The position numbers were made by a program, and so were the translations under genes. The notes under the pieces are model-generated. The model was not told the DNA's origin. It made no database searches and worked only from the letters and a program-made list of their open reading frames with translations. Positions 37,283 to 45,459 of a stretch of DNA of 64,000 nt are shown piece after piece (the first letter of the stretch is position 1; every line of letters begins with the position of its first letter). The stretch spans positions 7,872 through 71,871 of the forward strand of contig CASDUJ010000004.1 of NCBI GenBank assembly GCA_949283935.1, written 5' to 3'. Origin of the DNA: an uncultured bacterium. Its GTDB lineage: Bacteria > Cyanobacteriota > Vampirovibrionia > Gastranaerophilales > JAILCC01.

Positions 37283-38950
37283 ATGGAAAATTCAGGTGCA
37301 GGAGAAATTACATTAAATCATTATGATGGAAGGGTGGAAAAAGTAAAAGAATACTTGGATAACAATGATTTGGATGGTGCAAAAGTTTTTCTCGCAAAGT
37401 TTTTAACTGTTGAGCCTTTTAATCCGTATGCTTGTTTTATTATGGCGCAAATTTTAGAAGCCGAAAAAAACTTTATTGAGGCGGCAGATTTTTATTCAAA
37501 AGTTTTTACTAATCAAGTCCCTGATGAATTTTATAACAGAATTATTCACGTATATGAAATGGCTGATAGATATGAAAATTTGTATGATATTTATGAAAAA
37601 CAATTCGAAAAAAATCCAAATGATATAGATTTATGTGAAAGATTTGCGAATACTTGTTGTATTTTACATAAAAATGAGAAAGCTGTTGAATTGTACAACA
37701 AAATTTTGTCCTCAGAACCGGATAACCAAGTTGCTTTAAGACAATTGGCAGATATTTACGAAAACTCTAATCAAATGATGTTTAGATTGACCCAAGCAAG
37801 AATTGCTCAACTTGAGCACAATTTTGAACGTGCAGAAAAAGAATACAAAAAAGCTTTTACTTTGGCAGAAAAAGAAGAAGATATTTTGCAAATTCGCTAT
37901 AAAATGGCAAAATTATACAAAGAATTAGGTAAAAATGAACAAGCTTTGGATGAATATATATATATACTTTCTGCTACCGAAGAAAATTTTACTGTTTTTC
38001 TTGAGCTTGCAGACATTTACTCCGAAATGAATAATACATCTGCAGCAATAAATGTTTTAAAAAGAGCTCTGCACATTTATCCTGATAATTTAGAAGTTAT
38101 TCAAATAATAGCAGATACTTACTTGGAGCTAGAAGATTTTGTAAAAGCAGAAAATTATTTTGAACGGTTAGTTGAAGCAGATCCGCAAAATATTGAAAAT
38201 AATGTAAATTTAGCAAAAGTATATTTGCATTTAGATAAAATTGAAAAAACAAAAGAAATTTTGTTGAATGTAGAAAAGATAGCCCCTAATAGTACAGAAG
38301 TGTTAACTGCAATGGCAGGTTTTTGTACTTTTACAAGAGATTTTGAAAAGGCTAAAAATTATTGCACGAGAATAATACAAAAACTTCCTAAAAGTCCTTT
38401 GGGTTACAGAAAATTAGCTCAATTATACGAAGCAATGGGAGAAAAGCATCTTTCGCATTTTAATTACGCAATTTACCATGAATTCCGCAATGAATATGAA
38501 GATGCAATAAACGAATATATTGCAGCTTTGCAGTATAAGAGAGATGATTTTGAAATTATCAAAAAGCTTGCTGGTGCGTATGAAAATACGGGTGAAATTC
38601 ATGCTGCCACAGATTATTACAATATACTTTTTAACGCAAATTTTGAACCCATTGAAACAACTAAAAAGCTTGCTAACTTATATATGAATATGAACGAATT
38701 TGAATTAGCACTAAGATATATAGATGAAACTTTGAAAGATAAAAAAGATTCTGAGCTTATATATTTGAGCGCAAAATGTCAATACAAAATAAAAGATTAC
38801 GAATCTGCTCTGGAAAATTTTATTTATTATAAAGAGAATACGAAATCCTTAGAACACATAGAAGAAGTTGACAAATTTATTGAAGAACTAGAAAACAAAA
38901 AAGAAAATTCTTACAGTCCTTTTGCTAAAATATTTAAATTTTTAGATTAG
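37283..38950 (+). CDS. Tetratricopeptide repeat protein
   Basis: Multiple 34-residue A/Y/L-patterned repeats (for example ALDEYIYILS, AINVLKRALHIYPDN); TAAGGAG RBS. Confidence 0.7.
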   Translation: MENSGAGEITLNHYDGRVEKVKEYLDNNDLDGAKVFLAKFLTVEPFNPYACFIMAQILEAEKNFIEAADFYSKVFTNQVPDEFYNRIIHVYEMADRYENLYDIYEKQFEKNPNDIDLCERFANTCCILHKNEKAVELYNKILSSEPDNQVALRQLADIYENSNQMMFRLTQARIAQLEHNFERAEKEYKKAFTLAEKEEDILQIRYKMAKLYKELGKNEQALDEYIYILSATEENFTVFLELADIYSEMNNTSAAINVLKRALHIYPDNLEVIQIIADTYLELEDFVKAENYFERLVEADPQNIENNVNLAKVYLHLDKIEKTKEILLNVEKIAPNSTEVLTAMAGFCTFTRDFEKAKNYCTRIIQKLPKSPLGYRKLAQLYEAMGEKHLSHFNYAIYHEFRNEYEDAINEYIAALQYKRDDFEIIKKLAGAYENTGEIHAATDYYNILFNANFEPIETTKKLANLYMNMNEFELALRYIDETLKDKKDSELIYLSAKCQYKIKDYESALENFIYYKENTKSLEHIEEVDKFIEELENKKENSYSPFAKIFKFLD

Positions 38951-38956
38951 TTTAAT

Positions 38957-39706
38957 TTATGGTGTTTTCATTTTTTCCAATCTTGTTTTGATTAAAGAAT
39001 CTTTTATAAAGTTTTCAATTGTACTTGAACTCCTGTTAGTAATAGATTCGAATAATGTTTCTTCTGCTGTATTGTTTATGTTTCCTGCTTTTTTAAATAT
39101 ACTTTCTATTATGTCTGAACTTTGATTTTTGTATGGTAGACCATTATTTTTAGCTTTTGTAAGATTTCTTTCTATTTTAACTCCTAATCTATCTAATATA
39201 TCTACAGCAAATCCTTGTTTTAAAGTTGTTGTATTTGGGTCATCATTCAACCTTTTTATAACTTTTGCCATAAGTTCAGAGAATGCATTTTGGTCTTTTA
39301 ATATTTTCTGAGCTTCTTCAATAAAATCTTGGGGTCTTAGTTTGTCTGTAGTTAAATTTTCAATGAATTTCTTGGTAGTTTGGGTATAAGTATCATTATT
39401 TACAGTTTGTTCCACAAAATTCAATACTTTTTCTTTTAGTTCAGAGCTTTTCAATATTTTTTTTGCTTCTCTTTTTATTGGATTGAACAAATTATTTCTG
39501 TGTGCAATGTACAAACCTGTTAAACTCAGAGCCGTCAATGTTGAAAGATTTTTTAAATAATTTTTAGAATGTTTTGTATTTATTTGTCTTGAGCTATGAT
39601 AAAAATCTGCCCTAGTTATATTTAATGAAGGCATTCTTATTATATCATTTTTAGAAAGACGACAATATTTATTTGTTTGTTCGGCATTAACGCCATTAAT
39701 TTCCAT
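38957..39706 (-). CDS. Hypothetical protein with a single TM segment (249 aa)
   Basis: ORF with one hydrophobic stretch (LSTLTALSLTGLYIA); no family motif. Confidence 0.45.
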   Translation of the reverse strand: MEINGVNAEQTNKYCRLSKNDIIRMPSLNITRADFYHSSRQINTKHSKNYLKNLSTLTALSLTGLYIAHRNNLFNPIKREAKKILKSSELKEKVLNFVEQTVNNDTYTQTTKKFIENLTTDKLRPQDFIEEAQKILKDQNAFSELMAKVIKRLNDDPNTTTLKQGFAVDILDRLGVKIERNLTKAKNNGLPYKNQSSDIIESIFKKAGNINNTAEETLFESITNRSSSTIENFIKDSLIKTRLEKMKTP

Positions 39707-39819
39707 TTAAAAACCTCTTTCACTTATATTTTATAATAAAGCTTCTAAAAATAGAATTTGACAATTGGCTAATATTAAGAAAATTAAACATAAGAAATTG
39801 CAAATTCATTATTAAAATT

Positions 39820-39848
39820 TTGCCTGATTTTCTTATTAGGTGTATAAT
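39820..39848 (+). promoter_or_regulatory. Sigma-70-type promoter for clpC
   Basis: TTGCCT (39820-39825), 17-nt spacer, TATAAT (39843-39848). The track's GTG start at 39840 sits inside this promoter. Confidence 0.5.
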
Positions 39849-39881
39849 ACAAATAAATACATCATCGGAGTTTTACCATCT

Positions 39882-42401
39882 ATGTTTGAACGTTTTACAG
39901 AAAAAGCAATAAGAGTAATAATGTTGGCGCAAGAAGAAGCTAGACATTTAGGTCATAATTTTGTTGGTACAGAGCAAATTCTTTTAGGATTAATAGGTGA
40001 AGGTACAGGAGTTGCGGCAAAAACTTTAAAAGCCATGGGAATTACTCTGAAAGATGCTCGAGCAGAAGTAGAGAAAATTATTGGTCGCGGTTCAGGATTT
40101 GTGGCAGTAGAAATTCCTTTTACTCCAAAAGCAAAGAGAGTTCTTGAATTGTCATGGGATGAAGCTAGACAATTGGGGCATAGTTATATAGGGACAGAGC
40201 ATTTGTTATTGGGACTTATTAGAGAAGGTGAGGGAGTTGCAGCTAGAGTTATAGAAAATCTTGGAGTTGATTTAAATAAAGTAAGAAGTAATGTAGTAAA
40301 AATGTTAGGTGAGACTAAAACATCTTCAACAGGAAGTATGTCTGGGGGAACTCCAGCTGCTGCGGCGACTGTTTCTGGAGGTAAAACTAAGACACCTTCT
40401 TTGGATGAATTTGGAATTGATTTAACTTTGGCAGCACAAGAATTACGATTAGATCCTGTTGTAGGTAGAGAAAAAGAAATCGAAAGAGTAATTCAAATTT
40501 TAGGAAGAAGAACGAAAAACAATCCAGTTTTGATAGGTGAACCTGGTGTTGGGAAAACGGCTATAGCTGAAGGGCTTGCTTTAAGAATTGTAAATGGTGA
40601 AGTCCCTGACATATTAGAGGATAAAAAATTAATTCAATTGGATATGGGATTGTTGGTAGCTGGCACAAAATATCGTGGTGAATTTGAAGAACGTTTAAAA
40701 AAGATAATGGATGAAATTAGAGCGGCTGGGAATGTCATTTTAATTATTGATGAAATGCACACACTAATTGGGGCGGGAGCAGCTGAAGGGGCCATAGATG
40801 CAGCAAATATACTTAAGCCTGTTTTGTCACGAGGTGAATTGCAAGTTATAGGGGCTACTACTCTTGATGAGTATAGAAAATATGTTGAAAAAGATGCAGC
40901 TTTAGAACGTCGTTTTCAACCAGTTTATGTAGAACAACCTTCCGTAGACGATGCAATAGAAATCATTAGGGGGTTAAAATCCAAATATGAAGAGCATCAC
41001 AAACTAAATATTTCAGATGAAGCTATTATTGCGGCTGTTGTTCTTTCTGACAAATATATTATGGATAGATTTCTTCCTGATAAAGCTGTTGATTTAATAG
41101 ACGAAGCTAGTTCGAAAGTAAGGTTGAGAGCCTCTGGTTTGCCACCTGAAGGTAAAGAAATTGAAAAAAAACTTAAAGATACGGTTAAAGAAAAAGAAAT
41201 TGCAATAAGAAATCAAGAATTTGATAGAGCAAGTCAACTGCGCGATGAAGAAGCTGAATTAAAGGAACAAATTAGGGATTTACAAGCTAAATGGAAATTA
41301 GAACAAGAGCAGAACAAGGCTACTGTAACTGTTGAGGAAGTTGCTAATGTTGTGAGTACTTGGACAGGAATTCCTGTTCAAAAGATTACAGAAGGTGAAG
41401 GTGAAAGACTTTTAAAATTAGAAGAAACTTTGCACAAAAGAGTTATTGGCCAAGATCAAGCTGTTGTGGCTATTTCTAAAGCTATTAGACGTGCGAGAGT
41501 TGGTTTGAAAAGTCCCAATAGACCTATAGGAAGTTTTATTTTTTCAGGACCTACAGGTGTAGGTAAGACTGAGTTAGCAAAAGCTTTGGCGGAGGCAATG
41601 TTTGGTTCTGAAGATAATATGGTAAGGGTTGATATGTCTGAATTTATGGAAAAGCATTCAACGAGCAAGCTTATAGGTTCTCCTCCAGGGTATGTTGGTT
41701 ATAATGAAGGCGGACAACTTACTGAAACCATTAGGAAAAAACCATATAGCGTAATACTTTTTGACGAAATAGAAAAAGCTCATCCAGACGTCTTTAATTT
41801 GATGTTACAAATACTTGATGATGGACGTTTAACTGATTCAAGGGGTAGGCATGTTAATTTTAAGAATACAATTATAATTATGACTTCAAACGTTGGTGCG
41901 GCCCTTTTGGAAAATACATCACCTTTAGGATTTTCAACAGGAGAAGATGAATCAAAAAGTCGATATGAAAAACTTAAAGATGTTATAAATGAAGAAATGA
42001 AGAAATTCTTTAAGCCTGAGTTTTTGAACCGATTAGATGATACTATTGTTTTTGCTCATCTTTCAAAAGAAGAAATAAGAAAAATTGTAGATATTATGCT
42101 GCAAGATCTTATAAAACGTTTAAATGAGCAAGAATTATCTATAGAAGTACCAGATAATGTAAAAGATTGGTTGGCGGAAAGAGGTTATAGCCCTAGTTTT
42201 GGGGCACGTCCATTAAGAAGAGTTATTCAAAAGAAAATAGAGGACCCTATAGCTGAAGAAATTCTTACTGGACACTATAAACATGGTGACACAATAAAGC
42301 TTTCTTTAAATGAAGATGTTATTGCTTTTGAAAGAATAGAAGGTAATTTTGCTGAAGAAGATAACAAATCTAAAAAAAAGAAAGAAGATAATCTAAAGTA
42401 G
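39882..42401 (+). CDS. clpC: ATP-dependent Clp protease ATP-binding subunit ClpC (cyanobacterial/plastid-type)
   Basis: [47 protein letters not shown] double Clp_N repeat; two Walker A motifs ([16 protein letters not shown]); a UVR-like linker ([12 protein letters not shown]). Confidence 0.92.
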   Translation: MFERFTEKAIRVIMLAQEEARHLGHNFVGTEQILLGLIGEGTGVAAKTLKAMGITLKDARAEVEKIIGRGSGFVAVEIPFTPKAKRVLELSWDEARQLGHSYIGTEHLLLGLIREGEGVAARVIENLGVDLNKVRSNVVKMLGETKTSSTGSMSGGTPAAAATVSGGKTKTPSLDEFGIDLTLAAQELRLDPVVGREKEIERVIQILGRRTKNNPVLIGEPGVGKTAIAEGLALRIVNGEVPDILEDKKLIQLDMGLLVAGTKYRGEFEERLKKIMDEIRAAGNVILIIDEMHTLIGAGAAEGAIDAANILKPVLSRGELQVIGATTLDEYRKYVEKDAALERRFQPVYVEQPSVDDAIEIIRGLKSKYEEHHKLNISDEAIIAAVVLSDKYIMDRFLPDKAVDLIDEASSKVRLRASGLPPEGKEIEKKLKDTVKEKEIAIRNQEFDRASQLRDEEAELKEQIRDLQAKWKLEQEQNKATVTVEEVANVVSTWTGIPVQKITEGEGERLLKLEETLHKRVIGQDQAVVAISKAIRRARVGLKSPNRPIGSFIFSGPTGVGKTELAKALAEAMFGSEDNMVRVDMSEFMEKHSTSKLIGSPPGYVGYNEGGQLTETIRKKPYSVILFDEIEKAHPDVFNLMLQILDDGRLTDSRGRHVNFKNTIIIMTSNVGAALLENTSPLGFSTGEDESKSRYEKLKDVINEEMKKFFKPEFLNRLDDTIVFAHLSKEEIRKIVDIMLQDLIKRLNEQELSIEVPDNVKDWLAERGYSPSFGARPLRRVIQKKIEDPIAEEILTGHYKHGDTIKLSLNEDVIAFERIEGNFAEEDNKSKKKKEDNLK

Positions 42402-42411
42402 AGAGCTTTTG

Positions 42412-43059
42412 ATGATTAAAGCTAAAAAGATTGGATTGATATTAGATAGAGAAGTGCAAATAGATGCTGTTTTGAAGAGCTCTATGATAATTGGAGTAGC
42501 ATGTCAATTTATAGATGCAGATTATGATAGACTTTATTTGCGATATCCTGATGATAAGATTCAATTATCGCAATATTTTTATGAAGGGAGAACTGTAGAT
42601 GTAAGCCTTGATACCTTGGATGGTAGAAGAACTTATCCTGCAAAAATTTTGTATGAACCAGCAAATGGAATAATTGTTGTTGAATATTATGAAGATGACA
42701 ATGTTTTCCAGAAAAGAAAAATTTTAAGAGTTCGGGCTACTAGAGCAATAGATGTAAAAATTTCTGAAAGATACACTCCTATGCTAACAATTGATATAAG
42801 TGGCGGAGGATGTCGTATTTTATCTCCTTATGAATTAAAGAATGAGAGCATTGTTGATGCTTTGTTGAGGTTGATTGCAGGACAACCTCAAATTAAAATG
42901 AAACTTAAAGTCTTAAATTCTCAATTTTTGCCTGTTGAAAATAAGTATGAAATTTCTGTTGAATTTTTTGAAATTAGAGAATCAGATAGAAAAAAAATAA
43001 TGAAATTTTGCTATGATACCCAAGCGGCAATTTTGTTAGGACAAAACAGAGTCGAATAA
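42412..43059 (+). CDS. PilZ-domain c-di-GMP receptor (YcgR-like two-domain layout)
   Basis: RKILR (RxxxR) followed by DISGGGCRI (D-x-S-x-x-G). Starts about 10 nt after the clpC stop. Confidence 0.7.
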   Translation: MIKAKKIGLILDREVQIDAVLKSSMIIGVACQFIDADYDRLYLRYPDDKIQLSQYFYEGRTVDVSLDTLDGRRTYPAKILYEPANGIIVVEYYEDDNVFQKRKILRVRATRAIDVKISERYTPMLTIDISGGGCRILSPYELKNESIVDALLRLIAGQPQIKMKLKVLNSQFLPVENKYEISVEFFEIRESDRKKIMKFCYDTQAAILLGQNRVE

Positions 43060-43213
43060 CATTCGTAGTTAGTAAACATTTGTAAATTTTTTTTTCATCA
43101 ATTATCTAATTATTGATGTTCAAAGTAATATATTTGTGTTAGGATTGGTTTAATCAATTTTGTTTGATTTTTTTTATATAATGTTAAGGCAAATTATTTA
43201 TGGAGGACAATTT

Positions 43214-44932
43214 ATGTCGATCGGTTCTTTTGTATTTATGCTCCACAGTCATCTTCCCTTTTATAGAAAAGCTGGAATGTGGCCTTTCGGGGAAGAAAAC
43301 CTCTACGAATGTATGGCAGAAACATATATTCCTTTACTTAATGCGATAAGTGAATTATACGAAGAAGGTATCAAAGCGAAATTAACAGTTGGAATTACAC
43401 CAATTTTAGCTGAGCAGCTTAATGATGAACATTTGAAGCAAGGTTTTATTGAGTATTTAGATAGCAGAATTGAAAAAGTTTCAAAAGATTTAGAGAGATA
43501 TCCAAATCCTAATGTTCCTCATTCGCAACACTTAAAATATCTTGCAAAATACTATTTTGATTGGTTTACACATATTAAGGATAGTTTTATAAATAAATAC
43601 AATAAGGATTTGATTGGTAATTTTGCCAAATATCAAAATTTAGGTTGTATTGAAATAACTACATCTGGGGCTACGCATGGTTTTTCGCCTCTTTTAGCTA
43701 CAGACACAAATTTAAATGCGCAATTTAAAGTTGGTTCTGATACAACTAAGAAACTTTTTGGGAAAAAGGCACGAGGTGCATGGCTCCCAGAATGCGCATA
43801 CAGACCTGCGTATAAATATATAGACAAAAATGGTAATGAACAATGGCGTAGTGCTATAGAAGTTACACTTCAAAATAATGATATAGAATATTTCTTTACG
43901 GAATCTCATGTTATTGAGGGTGGGGTATCTGTTGGAAACAGAAGAGTTATTGGAGTTTATGGAAATATTGAATATATACCTCTTCCCGCACGTGCTGCCA
44001 CAGGTTGTTCTACATATGAAGCTTATTGGCTACCTGATGCTCAAGTGGCTGTTATGGGACGGAATGACAGAGCTGGCTACCAAGTTTGGTCAGCAGCAGA
44101 TGGATATCCCGGAGATGGTTGTTATCGCGAATTTCACAGAAAAGATGCAAATTCTGGTATGCAATATTGGCGAGTTACTAGTCCTACAACAGACTTAGGT
44201 GATAAAATGCTTTATGACCCAGTACTTGCTATGTCAAAAGTAAATGAAAATTCAGATCATTATACGACTTTGATTTATCATTTGCTAAATGATTACAAAA
44301 ATGCTACCGGCGAAAATGGATTGGTAATGGTTTCATTTGATACAGAGTTATTTGGTCATTGGTGGTTTGAAGGTGTTGAGTTTATTAAGCAAGTAATCAA
44401 AAAATTTGCTACATACACACCAGAGGTTGAAAGGCTAACGGCTGCAGAATATTTGGATAAATATCCACCGAAAAAAGCTATTTCGATACCAGAAAGTTCA
44501 TGGGGACAAGGCGGCCATTTTTGGGTATGGCAAAATCAACAAGTTGAATGGATGTGGCCAATAATACATGCCTGTGAGAAAAGAATTATTGATATAGTAA
44601 GCAAGCATGAAAAGCAGCCAGAGAACAAACTTCTCTTAAGAGCATTAAATCAATTAGCCAGAGAAAATTTACTTTTGCAAAGTAGTGATTGGCCATTTTT
44701 AGTAACTACTTGGCAGGCTAGAGATTATGCTAAAGATAGATTCAAAGAACACGTTGAAAGATTTGAAACTATCGCTGACATGATAGAAAAAAATGCAATA
44801 GATGATGCAAAATTAAAAGAGATAGAATCTATCGACAATTGTTTTGATGTTATTGATTATAGGATTTATCTTCCTATAGAAGAGGGTAAAATTCCTCAAC
44901 AAGAGTCTAAATTAGCCCCTTTGTATCAATAA
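43214..44932 (+). CDS. GH57 family 1,4-alpha-glucan branching enzyme-like protein
   Basis: MLHSHLPF start region, WLPECAY (nucleophile Glu) and FDTELFGHWWFEG (acid/base Asp). The ATG at 43214 has a GGAGG RBS; the track start at 43160 is an extension. Confidence 0.85.
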   Translation: MSIGSFVFMLHSHLPFYRKAGMWPFGEENLYECMAETYIPLLNAISELYEEGIKAKLTVGITPILAEQLNDEHLKQGFIEYLDSRIEKVSKDLERYPNPNVPHSQHLKYLAKYYFDWFTHIKDSFINKYNKDLIGNFAKYQNLGCIEITTSGATHGFSPLLATDTNLNAQFKVGSDTTKKLFGKKARGAWLPECAYRPAYKYIDKNGNEQWRSAIEVTLQNNDIEYFFTESHVIEGGVSVGNRRVIGVYGNIEYIPLPARAATGCSTYEAYWLPDAQVAVMGRNDRAGYQVWSAADGYPGDGCYREFHRKDANSGMQYWRVTSPTTDLGDKMLYDPVLAMSKVNENSDHYTTLIYHLLNDYKNATGENGLVMVSFDTELFGHWWFEGVEFIKQVIKKFATYTPEVERLTAAEYLDKYPPKKAISIPESSWGQGGHFWVWQNQQVEWMWPIIHACEKRIIDIVSKHEKQPENKLLLRALNQLARENLLLQSSDWPFLVTTWQARDYAKDRFKEHVERFETIADMIEKNAIDDAKLKEIESIDNCFDVIDYRIYLPIEEGKIPQQESKLAPLYQ

Positions 44933-44948
44933 ATTCAATGAAATACTT

Positions 44949-44980
44949 AAAAATCACCCTAATAGTTTAGGGTGATTTTT
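44949..44980. terminator. Bidirectional intrinsic terminator between the GH57 gene and rnpB
   Basis: 12-bp stem AAATCACCCTAA/TTAGGGTGATTT with loop TAGT, flanked by an A run on the left and a T run on the right. Confidence 0.75.
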
Positions 44981-44990
44981 GGAAAATAAA

Positions 44991-45357
44991 AAGAAGTTAA
45001 CAATAAGCCGGATTCTGTAAGACATAAGTCTTTGATAATCATCTGTCTTGGATTACAGTTACCTGAAATCTCTAGCGATACAAAGGAGAATGGCGGGCGA
45101 CCTTAACACTCCTAATCTTGCACTCAACCGGGGTTTACCTGGCTAATATCTCTCGATATTACCGGTGGTCTCTTACATTAAGGGAAAAACCCACCACCGT
45201 TGCACCATCGCCTGTGAACAAATAAGTTCCATCGGCAGTTTACATTTCTGTGGCACTATCCTCGCAGTCACCTGCACCGGACGTTATCCGGCGGTTTGCC
45301 CTAGAGTGTCCGGACTTTCCTCAGATTTGCATCCGCGATTATCTTGTCAACTTCTTC
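44991..45357 (-). ncRNA. rnpB: RNase P RNA, bacterial type A
   Basis: The reverse complement contains GAGGAAAGTCCGGAC (P4 5' strand), GGGCAAACCGCCGGATAACG, ACTGCCGATGG and ACAGAATCCGGCTTA (P4 3' strand). P1 pairs GAAGAAGTTGACAA (5') with TTGTTAACTTCTT (3'). Confidence 0.9.
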
Positions 45358-45363
45358 ATCTTT

Positions 45364-45372
45364 ATTATTGCA
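45364..45372 (-). promoter_or_regulatory. Extended -10 element for rnpB
   Basis: The minus strand reads TGCAATAAT. The hexamer ends 6 nt before the predicted 5' G of the RNA at 45357. Confidence 0.45.
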
Positions 45373-45459
45373 TAAAATTTACAATTCTTTAAGTTTTTTT
45401 TAAAATTGGCAATTTATTTTTTACAAAACATTTTATATATTATATATGAGAGGGAAGAA

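Noticed and set aside
39840-39881. N-terminal extensions in the ORF track (clpC 39840, GH57 43160, M16 45406, ilvD 15880, C_GCAxxG 54659, rSAM 49728, miaA 31254, 21625)
   Set aside because: In each case an internal ATG is preceded by a good Shine-Dalgarno sequence and matches the canonical family N-terminus. The extensions are non-ATG or RBS-less, and for clpC the extension overlaps the TATAAT box.
43097-43119. Hairpin CATCAAT/ATTGATG after the PilZ gene as a terminator
   Set aside because: It is a 7-bp AT-rich stem with a 9-nt loop and no downstream U-tract on the plus strand, which is too weak to call.
45165-45392. 75-aa plus-strand ORF in the supplied track
   Set aside because: It lies entirely antisense to the RNase P RNA. 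Its relative GC-richness and open frame are by-products of the structured RNA, and it has no RBS.
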